From the NCBI GenBank assembly GCA_001179505.1, contig CDMY01000608.1, positions 1-43,372 on the forward strand: a DNA stretch of 43,372 nucleotides, written 5' to 3'. This stretch comes from Vitrella brassicaformis CCMP3155 (lineage: Eukaryota; Protista; Chromerida). Below the pieces are notes generated by a model that saw only the letters and a program-made list of their open reading frames with translations, ran no database searches and had not been told where the DNA came from. Made by a program: the position numbers and the translations under genes. Positions 1-11,630 of the stretch are shown in pieces (the first letter of the stretch is position 1; each line of letters opens with the position of its first letter).

Positions 1-175
1 GGGGGATTGCAGCGCTCCTCTCGTCGAAGCCACCGTAATTGCAGCCTTCCTATTCCCCAACACTCGCCGCATGCACTCAGCAAACAGACCGATAAACTTG
101 GAACAAAGCCAATTTCCGTGCACCACACGTGAATTCTGCCGAAACCTCTGGCGTCTCCTCTTGTCCAGCCCTTCT

Positions 176-356
176 AAATTACGTACTCAATCTCACTCAA
201 CCTCAAGGCGACCAAAAATCACTCTCGGAAAACTGTGTATATTTGTTGCCCGCCATTTTCCTATGCTCTCCGTCTGGCCGATCGCCTCCCATTACTCGGG
301 GGCCCCTCCCCCCTCGTAACAGTTCGTCGACACGCATTCGCGTGGGGTCCCATCGA
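176..356. repeat. ~180-bp direct repeat, copy A (partner 4827..5011)
   Basis: AAATTACGTACTCAA...CACGCATTCGCGTGGGGTCCCATCGA aligns end to end with 4827..5011 at roughly 90% identity (by eye). Contains the hairpin CACGC-ATTC-GCGTG. Confidence 0.92.
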
Positions 357-508
357 TCGTTTTTTGTATGCGCGTACCCACCTCGCCTGCTGTGTCTCGA
401 GCTAGAGATATGTCACAGCCTACTGCAAACCCCATCCCACGACTGATGGAACGACCATGGGCATGGGCTGTGTTGTCTCACGACACGCAGGCAGTGTTTT
501 CTCTAAGA

Positions 509-887
509 GGTTTGACGGTTTGACGAAGGTTGGACGCCGGCACTCGTCAAAGCTCTGCGGGCTGGAGTGAGGTTGGACGGTCAAACCTTCAAACCTAGCA
601 GCTTCGGGGAAGAAGGTTTGTTGGTTTGACGATTTGGCCTTGATTATCTCTCCTTTTGGTAGGTTTTCCTGTGTGTTCCCTGTCTGTGTGTGCCTGCCAG
701 TGTCTGTATGTGTGTTTGCGTGGCACAAACATTCCAATTCTGGAGCATGGCGTGTCATTTTCCTCTCTTCTCTTCTCCTTGTGGTGTGTCTCCCTCAGGT
801 CGTGGTTTCACCAGCTCATTTTGCGTCCACACGAGGTTTGACGTGTCCAACCTCACTTGCAGCCGGCGGGTTTGACAGAGGTTTGAA
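509..887. repeat. Cluster of ~11 GGTT(T/G)GA(C/A) motifs in both orientations, partly as palindromic pairs
   Basis: Forward copies at 509, 517, 528, 571, 623, 835, 869 and 880; inverted GTC(A/C)AACC/TTCAAACC copies at 580, 588 and 845. Pairs: GAGGTTGGAC-G-GTCAAACCTT and GAGGTTTGAC-GT-GTCCAACCTC. Confidence 0.8.
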
Positions 888-1639
888 GAAAATTCCTTAC
901 GTCGAACACTGCACGCAGGTGCCCGGGAGGCGACTATCTGTCGTCTCTCGCTGCGCTGTCCGCGGCACGCGCCATTCTTGCGCCGGTTGTCCATGTCAGG
1001 TGCGGAGGTTGCTGGAGCCAGCCAATTCAAATACCCATGTCTTCGTCGTCCCTGCTCGAAACTTTACCAATGTCGGAGGTGGCTTCTGAGCACCACCGCA
1101 TCCGGCTCGTCGCGCTGCGCATGATGGTGCTCTCAGATTCTCTCTGCGGGTCAAGAATCGCGCAGAACGGCTGACCTCATTTTGACCCCGAGGCGCCGCG
1201 ACCTCTGGTGCCCCTCCGTCGCCTCGCCGTGACCGCCACGTTGTAGCGCCTGGCCACAGCGTTCATCATCATACCATACAATCCATCACCGCAGCCATCG
1301 GACAGCACCAGTACCACGTTTTGTTCAAGTCCTCTCTCATTGACGTACCTCTCGGCCACCCCGAGCTTTGCTGCCTGACGATGAGCACCACTGTGACGCC
1401 CTCCGGATGCCTGGCGCGGTGAGTGGTCACACACGGGGCCATGGAACGATGCCCGTATGCATACGGACATTGTTCCATTCTTCTTTGCTGGATTGCCTTG
1501 CCCTTTGTTTACCGTCGATGCAGGTCTGTGTGCCGCCCGTCTGGGGTGCCATCGTAGAGCTGACTCGCTGGCGAATCGCCTGAGGTAAGCAGCAGCCACC
1601 TCACGACACACGCACATATCCATTACCCCCCATCTGTAT

Positions 1640-3155
1640 CACCTGTATACCTGACAGAGTGGTTCTCGCCGAAGAAGACGAGTGCGTCCACCGCATACAC
1701 ACCGCGTTCAGCATCATCGAGCACTCCATTCACCCAGGTAGACGAGGAGGCAGACCGGGGCAAACACACCTACATATCGACACACACATGTATACCATGT
1801 ATACACATGTATATGTGTATGTGTCTGTATTGTGTGTGCGGTGTCTGTACCCTTCCAGGTTGCACGTCGCACCACCTCCCGGCTCCCCTGTCCAGCCAGG
1901 GGTCCTCCAGCCACCACACCACCGCCCTCCCAAGCCCTCTACCTCTGACCCACCCCTCCTCGTCCACACTCCGCCCCCTCTCTCCACTCACTCACGATGG
2001 ACGTCGAGGTCCTCCAGCAGCGATGGAGACGAGATTCAGGGTCCTCCCGCCAAGCGCACGAGGACTCAGCGGCGAGCTGCCAAGGGCCTTCCACCGATGA
2101 AGGACTGGCAAGACGGGCCGGCCGCCTCTCGTCACTTTCCAGCCGTCGAGCCAATGGAGGTCGGCAACCCTGTCCACAAACCGGGACCGAGGAAGTCATA
2201 CGGAAGGCATTCGGTGGGCAGCCTTGAATTCCTCATGCCAGGCGGCCGGCTCGGAGGGGGATGGGAGGCGGCTCTGCAAGGGGCAGAGGGGACCGACGAG
2301 TGGGGGCTGTTGAGCGATCTGTACGCCACGTTCGCGTCTGTCGAAGAAGGCGTTTACTCGTGCCTCGGGCGTCATCACCTTCCGCAGCTCCCCATCGGCG
2401 TCATCCGACCATCAAACACACACACGAGGGGATACAGCTGGCCGGCAAGTGGGCACGGGTGAGCGGCCTCTCGTCACGCAAGACAACCTCTCCCAGCTGG
2501 CGCCTAACGCCGGAGAGCCCACAGCCCCCGTTCCTCGCGTCGAGCGCCACTTCAGCCCCACCAAGATGAAGCGGCAGAGCCGTTCGATGCTGCGTCGGGC
2601 CCTCCTGGGAGATGACGACTTGGTCGAGCGGACTGGGGCATGGAATGTCTTTGGCTTCCGCGGGGGCGAGGGGACAGTGAGCGCCGTGGCACGGCTCTTG
2701 GGAAGCGACCGGTGCTTCGCTGGGCGGGAGCACGTCACTCGAGAGGGGAACACAGAACGGGTAGGCATCACACAATGGTACACACGCCAGTGTTTGAATT
2801 CAGCTCTGGTTTCGTGTGTGTGTGTGTGTGTGTGCGCGCCATTCAGAACTCACTCAAGGTCGATGAGTCTTCGCCCTTCTTCCTCAAGATCTCGCCCATG
2901 CGGAGCCACCATGCTCACATCTTCGAGGCGGTCTTTGCATACCGCAGCATCAGCACAATGCCTGCCATCGCCGCCGCAGCCGCAGCACCAGCTCCAGCTC
3001 CCGCTCCTGTCCCTGCGGCCGCCGATGCTGCGCTGGCTGACGGTGCAGATGAGGACGACCCGCAGGGCGTCGGTGAAGTCCAGGTCTTCTATGCTGGTCA
3101 GCTGGGGTTGGTGAACGATCCAGACGAGATGAACAATCTGGACGATTGCCTGTGA
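1640..3155 (+). CDS. Hypothetical intron-containing gene, Pro/Ser-rich middle and Ala/acidic C-terminus (exon model uncertain; may begin near 1100)
   Basis: Coding-like ORF segments (1659..2462, 2449..2760, ~2845..3155) are separated by GT...AG introns with (CA)n/(GT)n tracts; stop at 3155. No family recognised. Confidence 0.4.
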
Positions 3156-3399
3156 TTGACGAATGAATGTCGATTGCCTTTTCGGTTGAGTTGTTGACAC
3201 TTCATGTGCGTCAGTGAATTTGCTTGCATGACAAGCAAATGAGTCAAGCATCAGTCATATGTACAATAAACGAGTCAATCAGTATATATAATCGCAGAGG
3301 GCACCAGTCAATCAACACAAATAGACAGACAGCCAGACAATCTAAAGCGTCTTGTCCTTGACCATCTTGGCCGCCTCCTTCTCTATGCGGCGCCAGTAC

Positions 3400-4756
3400 T
3401 CATCGGTTGCTGGGACGCGTTTCGTCGGGCACCAGCATCATCGGGAACTCGATGATGGGCACGGCGGGCAGCTCCTTGTCGTACTCGTCAGGATCGATGA
3501 GCCGTGTGCTCTTCTTGCTCCCGTAAGTCAGGATGGCTCGCTCGTACTCGCCCCGAGAGGCAATGATCTGCTTCTCAATGCTCGACTCGATGATCATGCA
3601 TGGCGCTCGTGCCGCGTCCCTTGGTGGTGCCGTGCATGATCAGGTCCTTGATGCGGCTGTTAAACGACTCCTGAGCCGTCATGTTGCCGACAATGCCGAC
3701 AGGCCTGGACGAGGTGGTACCATGTGTGGGAAGATATCCGACCATTTCAGCCTGACAGCACACACGCACACAAACCTCGCCATCATTGACAGAGTAAGCG
3801 AATCGTACCAAATGACATACGTGTTCCACAGCTGCCAGGCGTACTGGTGGAACTTGTTGAGCTCCACCATCGTGGGCGCCCGCGACCTCAGCATCATGCG
3901 GATCATCCAGACGAAGGACATGAAGAAGAGCCGAACAGGCTTCTCTGGCCCGCTGCCGAGAGGACCATCTACTCGGCCATGTGCTCGATCCACAGCATGA
4001 GATGGCTTGCGTGTAGGCGATTATGGAAGTCCTGGTAGGTGAAGAGAGAGCCGTCCTGTTCTCCCTTGAGGATGAAGTCGTCCTCCCCTGCCCGTCTCTT
4101 GGTGCCCTCGTCCTCCTCCTCGCCCTCGTCCTCGAACTGGCGGCCGAGCAGGTCTGAGTCATCGCCATCGTCAGCGTCATCAGATGGGGCGGGCCTCACA
4201 GTGCCCTTGCGGATGGGCATGAACTTGATGCCGCCGCGGCCACCGACACCGTGGTCATCAAGCAACCCTGCAATGAATGAATGAATGAATCAATGAATCA
4301 ATGAATGTAAGTGTGAGTGCTCGCAGGTCTCTGCGCGTGCCCACCTTGGACCTGGCGAACGAGGTCCGGTTCCGTCTGCTTTCTGGCCAGCTTGTAGACC
4401 AGATTGCGAAACGCATCCAGCATCTCCTTGCCGCACCGCAGCAGCAGATGAAGCAGCTCGAGGATGAAGTCATCCGTCTCCAAAATCTCCATCATGGGCT
4501 GCCGTTGCTGGCCGCGAGTGGATGCATTGCAGTCAGGTGTGTGGCGGGGCTGGCCGGGCTGCTGGCTGGCATAGTTCTCGTTCATGAAGGCAAGGGAGCC
4601 AGTGCATTTGGGCGGGATGAGCTTCGGTCGGCCTGGCCGGCCGATGAAGTAGCAGCATGCATGTGGCTGGTTGAAGTCCTGGTAGTCTATCAAGCACCGC
4701 TGACAAGGCATCCTCAGCCCGGCCCGGCCCATCCCGATAGCGCACATGACGAACTT
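3400..4756 (-). pseudogene. Decayed DDE transposase of the Chapaev/Transib/RAG1-like (CMC-type) group, lacking its 5' exon(s)
   Basis: After acceptor TTCAG at 4757 it reads KFVMCAIGMGRAGLRMPCQRC (cf. D-x-K..G..A...C-x2-C), then GQQRQPMMEILETDDFILELLHLLLR (cf. G..PL..I..D...D.LH..LR), later GIVGNMTAQESFNSRIKDLIMHGTTKGRG (cf. third catalytic E-x-x-N). The motifs lie in different frames, implying frameshifts. Confidence 0.55.
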
Positions 4757-4826
4757 CTGAATCAGAAACGCATCAATCAATGAATCAATGAGTGAATCAA
4801 TGAGTGAGTGAGTGAATGAATGAATG

Positions 4827-5011
4827 AAATTACGTACTCAACCTCACTCAACCTCAAGGCGACCAAAATCACTCTCGAAAAACATGTGGATACGTATTTG
4901 TTACCCGCCATTTTCGTATGCTCTCCGTCTGGCCGATCGCCTCCCATTACTCGGGGGCCCCTCCCCCCTGGTAACAGTTCGTCGACACGCATTCGCGTGG
5001 GGTCCCATCGA
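4827..5011. repeat. ~185-bp direct repeat, copy B; probable terminus of the transposon-like element
   Basis: Homologous to 176..356. It abuts a (TGAA/TGAG)n intron tract of the transposase on the left and truncates a signal-anchored ORF on the right. Confidence 0.9.
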
Positions 5012-5150
5012 CAAGGAAGCGGACGCCTTCTCCGGGCGCACATTTTCTGTTCAACGACGGGGAAGAGTACAAGAATTGCGCGAACAGGATGACGGCAAGA
5101 GTGAAGCCGGTCACAAGAACAGCAATCAGAGATAAACTCCTAATCCTCAT
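4947..5150 (-). pseudogene. Truncated type II membrane protein (signal anchor plus start of stem), interrupted by repeat copy B
   Basis: MRIRSLSLIAVLVTGFTLAVILFAQFLYSSPSLNRKCAPGEGVRFL runs into the repeat at 5011. It is divergent from the GT32 gene. Confidence 0.45.
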
Positions 5151-5348
5151 GTTTGGCAGCGGTAACAGGCAGGCTCAGACAGGACAGGCTGGAAGATCCG
5201 GGGGAAAAACAGAGGCGGAGGCGAGAGATAAAAGCCGCTCTGAGGGCGTTGACATCTAAGGAAAAATGTCACGTTAAAAATGTTAAGCTCAAAGCAAGCC
5301 TTGTCTTTGCAGCCACAAAGGGCAAGAAAGATAGCCAGTGACCAGACG

Positions 5349-6344
5349 ATGAGCAAAAAGGTCGTTCTTCTTGGGGTTTGCACTCTCAGTGCTGTCATTT
5401 CCATTTGGTGCTACTTCTCTGGAGTGTGCAAAACAACTGTGCAAAGAGGACCGGATGCCCTGCCTCTGCTAGCCTCTGCGTTTCCCCCTGGGACAGTTCT
5501 GAGGGAATGCCTGTGCTCAAAACATTCTGACTACAACTGGCCACGCAAGATCCCGCTCTGGGTTCACTTCGTGAAGGTTGGTGCGGTGGAATGGTTGCCC
5601 GTTTATGACGACTTTATGGACCAGTGGCAGGCGATGGCGCCTTGCCACACGCTTCTACTCTGGACAGATGCAACATTGCAGCGCCCACTGCGACGAATGG
5701 GGTTGGCAACTTTGTACAACCAAATGCCGGATGGGGTGGTACGGGCAGATTTTGCCCGCTACTTGTTGATGTATATGTATGCAGGAACTATATCAGACTT
5801 GGATTTGGTGCCCACAATTCCACTGCATCGCTGGTTCCCCCGAGAGGCGTTGGACCGAGTGAATCTCATCGTTTCTCCCGAGTGTGTTTCTGACCCCGTC
5901 GCCCAAATGAGCGGCTATTCTGCAGTGCCTCATCACCCCGTGTTGAAATCTGTGATGTCAATTGTTGCGGGGAACCTTGAACAGGCAAATTTCGTAGTCC
6001 CAGCCGACCGAGTGGTGCATGTGACTGGTCCTTTCGCCTTCACATCGGCAATAAACGCTGCTCTCCGCATCTCTTGGGAAGAAGATGTGCTTTCAGTTAT
6101 GAAGGCGGAGGCGTCTCCCATGCTTTTCTTCAACGAGACTGTATATGTTCTTCCCTTCGGTGACGCGAAAATGGGGCGGTCAATTCACGTGCATCTCAAT
6201 CTGTGGCGCAATTCGAAACTCAAGGTGAATTGGAAGCAGTTACAGCAAATGAACTTCGTTGACTATGTGTGTGCCAAGCGCATGAAACGGGGAAGAAGCT
6301 GTCTTACTAAGCATCAGCTAGCTTTATACAATAGATTACTTTGA
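5349..6344 (+). CDS. GT32 (Och1-like, DxD) glycosyltransferase with N-terminal signal anchor, intronless
   Basis: MSKKVVLLGVCTLSAVISIWCYF anchor; KIPLWVHF; RADFARYLLMYMYAGTISDLD matches the GT32 motif aD..RY..L...GG.Y.D.D; HHPVLK and TGPFAFT are also typical. Confidence 0.85.
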   Translation: MSKKVVLLGVCTLSAVISIWCYFSGVCKTTVQRGPDALPLLASAFPPGTVLRECLCSKHSDYNWPRKIPLWVHFVKVGAVEWLPVYDDFMDQWQAMAPCHTLLLWTDATLQRPLRRMGLATLYNQMPDGVVRADFARYLLMYMYAGTISDLDLVPTIPLHRWFPREALDRVNLIVSPECVSDPVAQMSGYSAVPHHPVLKSVMSIVAGNLEQANFVVPADRVVHVTGPFAFTSAINAALRISWEEDVLSVMKAEASPMLFFNETVYVLPFGDAKMGRSIHVHLNLWRNSKLKVNWKQLQQMNFVDYVCAKRMKRGRSCLTKHQLALYNRLL

Positions 6345-6839
6345 TGTCATAGTCGCTAATCCTGTGCGTCTGCATGCATATATATATACACCATTGGCTG
6401 GCAAATCGGAGAAAACCGCCAGAAATGGTGAAAAATCTAAGACCATGCGCACATATCCACCAACACTAAAGGAAGTCTGCTCTCTCATTGGACTGCCTTC
6501 TTGTGCGGACTCTGCAAATGCGATTGAATCACGAGTCGGCTGAACCTTGTCACAAACCCTTTACCCCCTCGCCCACAGGTGAACGTACCTTGAGTTTCAG
6601 TCCCAGGGTTCAAGGTGCGTTCGGATGTGCACGCGCGACACCGTTTTGTCTGCAGATGCGGTTCTCCCGCCCTCTGGTGGATGCGATGGGAGCTCCCTTG
6701 CATTGACCTTGGACATTTCCCGATTTCGGCATGGTCGACGGTCCGGGAGGCCAAACAGCCACAAAGACAAATGCAAGCAGGTAGGCGTCCTTGTTTGCAT
6801 GTCGGACTGTAAGTAAGCTCACGGATGTGCGTGTGGTCA

Positions 6840-8161
6840 GGTCGGTCAGCTGGATGACGAGCCCGTGGACGACCTGAGAGGCAAGAACAGAAAGAAGCGT
6901 CGCCACAACAACTCCGATGAGGTGAGCAATATTACCATGCACATCTCTGTTCATCGAACGAGGGCACCGACCGCTGTGTGTCAGGACGAGAGACCTGCTC
7001 CTGCCTTCACTTTCGCCGCCAAGCCTCGCTCAAAGCGGGTCAAGACACCAGCAGTCAAGACACCCGCACTCAAGAGGGCCCCAAAGAAGAATGCCGGGAA
7101 GAAGGATGTCGCCAAGAAGAAGGCCGCCATGAAGAAGGGCGGCAAGAAGAAGACCACCAGGAAGGCAGGGTCAGGGCAGGGCGGCGACGACAGCGACCAC
7201 ACGGCTCCACCCCACCCACCGCTGTCGTTCGGCAAGATGGAGCCGAGGTCATCGACGCATTTCCACAAGGCCAAGGAGGACGAGAAAATGGTAAGATGGG
7301 ATGGGATCGGCAGCCTACAGACAGACAGACAGGCAGACAGGCTGGCAGGCAGGTCTCCCTCTCGCTCTCACCGTCTGTGTGTATGCGTTTATCTCTGATG
7401 CAGTATTATGTCGTGTTTGTGTGCGCCGACTTTCTGGTGATGTGCCTCGGGTTCCTCGGCCGGCACTACGGCTCGGTCATCTGTTTCGAGATCCAGCGTC
7501 GGGTGTTTGAGCGCTACAAGACCGAGACTGCCGAGTCGGAGCAGCTGAGGTTCGGCGACTGGGTTCAAACCCACTGGGCCACCGAGCTGGTAAGGAAGGA
7601 AAGCACCACTGCCGGTGTCACATGTGGTCAGGGCAAGCCCCGAGAGGCGCGTGCGGGCTACACGGGGGCCCTGTGGGACTCGGAGAAGGACATCCTCGAC
7701 GATACGGTAATCAAGATAGCGTGAGGCTGACGGGATCCACTCGTGTCACAACACGCAGCACACCAGACTTACCTTCAGCTTCAACGTGCTGCATCAGCGT
7801 ATGGCCCACGTCGAGGCGGTCGGCAACAATACAACGGAAACCGACACGGTGAGAAGAAGTGGCAGAGAGGCGACGGAAGATGACACATCGTATGTTGGTG
7901 TGTCGTAATGTGTGTGTGTCTGAATGTCGTCAGTGGTTCGTCCAGCTGAAGTCGGTGGAGTCAGTCAAGGAAGCTCGTATCAAAGCGCAGACAGACTACA
8001 GGCTCAGGGCAGATTTCAGAGCGAAGATAGGCCACCCGATTACGAAAAGGAAGGTGACGGCGAGGTTGGCAGCGAAGAGAGAGCACGCCGTGCATCCCGA
8101 TCCGTATGGTGCACTGTCCGATCAGTCAGGCAAGAACACGGATGAATTCCTTAGCGGATGA
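6840..8161 (+). CDS. Hypothetical multi-exon protein with a Lys-rich low-complexity segment (may start near 6650)
   Basis: Coding-like exons (KKNAGKKDVAKKKAAMKKGGKKK; YYVVFVCADFL...HWATEL; WFVQLKSVES...EFLSG*) with GTGAG/GTAAG donors and (ACAG)n introns. Confidence 0.5.
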
Positions 8162-8536
8162 GCGGCGATGGATGTCAGTCAGTCAGACCATAGATAATCT
8201 GTGTCGATGATGTGGCGTTTTGATACTTGTCTGGACCTCAAGCTAGTTTTTGGCCGTGACGTACATCTCACTAAAGATGGCTCTAGGGACTTCAGTGACT
8301 GACAGATAGGACAGACATGAGTGTCATATTAGGTGGGGAGGGGGGTTGGCCTAGACAGGGCAGTCAATCTGAGGGGTTCATGGGTGGCTCTGCATCGGTC
8401 TGCAGCCCGGCAGGCTGCATCCCTCGCTCCACCACCCATGAACCACTCAGATTGACTGCCCTGTCGTCGGCCCTCCGGGCACCTGCGGTGCCCTCCGGAT
8501 TGAGTCAATCAACATGTACCAACTACTTCCGTGAAT

Positions 8537-11132
8537 CTACCGGATTTCAGAGGCACTGAGGCGTTCGAATTCAACAGGACTAATACGGGCAACCCAGCCA
8601 GCAAAATCAGTCAGGATGCCCTTTCCTTTCCATCCTCTCATTTGCGAATTCTTCACGAGGAAAGCGGTATATCCTGCACCAACGACACGTCTCCACACAG
8701 AGATGAACTCATCCTTGGACATAAGGGTGTCATAAAGAGGAAGGTTGTCCACTCGCAGATCGTATGGCGGCACGATTGGTCCCTTGTTGTTCTCAAATCC
8801 TTTTTGGTGGGCAAACGCCGGGTGGATCAACAAATGATGCTGTGGCATGAGATGGATGTGTCTGGTCAAGTTCGGCTGGGCGCGGATCATTTCCGTCGGC
8901 ACAAGCTGACCCCAGTCTTGGCTCCGCCGTGTCCGGGCAATCTCTTCCATCCAGGCCAACAAGAAGGGATTCCTTGGTTCAAAATTGACCAAAGGATCGT
9001 TTTGAATGTGGAACTTCCACTTCGGGTTGGCGTTGGGGTGCTGCTTGTGCTTTCCATCTACCAAAGTGAACGTGGACCCAAAATAATGTTTCTTTGTTTC
9101 CCCGGGCCATTCCAGGATGGGAAGCACATTTAGATCCTGCATGATGGGGCGCAGCATCAGGTCATCCGTGTCCATCCAGGTACCTCCCCATTTCCACAGC
9201 GCTACAAGCCGAACCGCATCGCTGGTTTCTCTCCAATCCACAGGTTGCATGCCTTGAAGCGGCGTGTCGTCAAAGAAAGATTGAGACCAAAACAGTAGAT
9301 GCACCTTGGGATATTCAGTCAACTTTTCCTCCAGACTTGCCGATACAATCTTACGCTCCGTAATGAAATAGACATGCGATTTTGGTTGAAACAGGGATAT
9401 ACCGTTGAGCAAATGTTGAAGTTGGCGGGAGCGATAAATGTCGGGTGGTTTTCCGCACCACATAAGAAAAATATTGTCGATCGTGGGCGTAGGATGATCA
9501 AACGAAGGAGACGGCGTGATGCGTGGATGTCTTGCGGATTCCTCAACGTCGCGATGTACTAGAGTCATTGTCGTCATGAGCGGCAGCTCATTACCTTTCC
9601 CGAATGTCACAGCAAAAGTCCAGGATGGTGATTCGGAGTCCGACTGCTGCTGCTCCGGCGGCCGAGAGAGCCGTCTGGGAAAAGGGGCCAGGCCGACGGC
9701 AAAATAAAAAGAAGTGTCTCGATCCTGCACGGCAATTGGATCCACTGGCATGATGGACCGACAGCGGGGAATCCATGCATCATAGCTCGGATGTCTCTCC
9801 GCATTGAAGATCACAACGCGATGATCATACCAAAGGTGTCCTTTGATTCGTTTTTGTTGATGAACGATGGCCACCATCAGGGACTTCTCACTTAGGGGTT
9901 GCTGCATCAAGGCATCAATGGCATGTGGACCATTCAGCCCCCAATCCAATGGCACGAGTTGAGAGCTCCCACGCCACTTGGTACTCTTGAGAGTTTGACA
10001 TGATCCTGGCGATAATGACATGGATGTACGCCAGACGGCTTGACCATTAGTTGTATCGATCCCAGATACTAACGGTCCGCCATTATTCTCGGCCCCAAAA
10101 TCCACAAACACGTTGACAGTCGTCAGATCAGGAAGGGGATATAGCATCGGCACGAGGTTTTTGCGGGGTACCCGGTCTTCGTCCATCACAAGTTCTACGC
10201 CGCTTAAATTGTCGGTGCACGAGCCGACACAGTTCGCTGCCATCATTTGTACGCCTTGATATCCTGAGGGCTTAGGCACGCAACATCGAATCTCGATCGA
10301 GAGGGGCTGCCCATCCATTCCGTGTGGATACCGCTTATCATGAGACGCCTCACATGGCCGCGGACATGAAGCCCACAGACTGTCGTCGAACCGCAGCGCG
10401 TCCATCCTGAAAACGCGCTGTGAGTAATTGGCCGTCATTCTGTATCCTGCCCGTCTCCAGTGGCCTCGTCTCGTTCCCCCTGAACCCGCCAGAGCAAGCT
10501 CTCCATCCTTTCCATGTCGGGTCAGGAACAGACGCACGTCGGCCACCTTTTCACCCCGCATGTTTTGCACGAAGATAGGCTCTACAAGCCAATCGTCAAC
10601 CTGCACAGACAATCATGACAGAGTATCTTCGCAAGCCTACATTTACCTGCACGGAATGTGATCGCCCGTCAAGAATGTGTTGCAGCCGCTGAGGCCGGAT
10701 GAAGCCGACGAAATTGTGAGCTCCATACGCCGCGTTGGGAATGCGTGCAAACCATGAGATGGCCAACACCCCCTCCAGACAATAGGGAGAGACACCCACA
10801 AATGAGGAACAGAGCGGAGCCCATGCAGATTGTGGAACAAAGAGGATGGAGGGGTTGTACGGAAGCCATTTCTCTTGACGAAGGTAGGACCCGCCCAGGG
10901 TAATATGCTGTCCCGATTGGATTAGACGCAGCATGTCTGCGGTCGTCATCGGGATCGCCGCCGGGGGGGCCTGCGATTGTCTCGGGATTGCACCTCGAGT
11001 CTGAATCAAATACCAGCCCAGCCATTGGCAACCCAAAAATAAACCCAGAAATAGACACAGGGGCCACATCCATGGGACAGCAGGCCGCGGGATAGATACA
11101 GATTCCGACTGGACTGGACTGCCTTGTGCCAT
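8537..11132 (-). CDS. ~849-aa type II membrane protein: GH130/GT91(Bmt)-like five-bladed beta-propeller fused to a C-terminal GT32 (A4GALT/A4GNT-like) domain; exons 11132..10647 and 10600..8537
   Basis: ATG 11132, TM WMWPLCLFLGLFLGCQWLGWYL, and an in-frame 46-nt GTAAAT...TGCAG intron at 10646..10601. Propeller-type motifs in order: YNPSIL, ADVRLF, RKNLVPM, WRGSSQLVP, IVH...YDHRVV, FYFAVGL. GT32 motif: SDAVRLVALWKWGGTWMDTD. Confidence 0.8.
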
Positions 11133-11630
11133 CCTCGAGCCGATCAGCTCGCGAAAGAGAACGGCTATGGAACCGCCGAGTGGGGAAAGTGAGCAGAAAC
11201 AATGCAACAGAGCAACCCGCTCATTCGAAACCCCGGCGACAGTTAGGCCGGGGGATGCACACGACGCGTTAAATCCCCATTCTAGTACATGCGTTAAATC
11301 CATTTCATAAGGGCTATCATGCATACACAATTTCCTTGCATAGTGTGGCACCCTCAATTTTTATGTTTAGTTGCTTTGTTTTAAATGCTTTGCCGGTTTT
11401 TAAATATTCTTCGGCACATTTGGGACGTTTTAAAAATGCGCGAACAGGGGAGGAGGCTTCAACGGGGTGGGTTTGAGGCCCTCTGGCAGCTAAAGCAAGC
11501 AACCGCAGGCATAAAAATTTGGGTTGAGTCCACGAGACCGCCATAGGCTCCTTCTGACTACGGTGTGTGTTCAGCACACAGCAACTTCAACTCCAACAAC
11601 CCTCCAGCTCAGCTTTCAGCTGTAGTGTGA

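Noticed and set aside
176-356. snRNA/SL-RNA identity for the 180-bp repeat (Sm-like GATTTTTGG on the minus strand of copy A)
   Set aside because: No U1/U2/U4/U5/U6 signature recognised, and the T-run is shorter in copy B.
357-500. Terminal inverted repeat matching the 5011 terminus
   Set aside because: No inverted copy of TCGATGGGACCCCACGCG found; only TCG is shared.
4197-4203. CACAGTG RSS-like heptamers (also 16077..16083)
   Set aside because: No nonamer at 12/23 spacing at 4197, which lies inside the transposase gene region; neither copy sits at an element boundary; expected by chance.
6840-7290. Histone H1 call for the Lys-rich ORF
   Set aside because: Only low-complexity K/A composition; no winged-helix globular domain recognised.
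11231-11285. Helitron-like 3' end (CCCCGGC/GCCGGGG hairpin then CTAG-T)
   Set aside because: The hairpin is ~28 nt from CTAG (usually ~10-12), and there is no RepHel ORF or 5' TC boundary.
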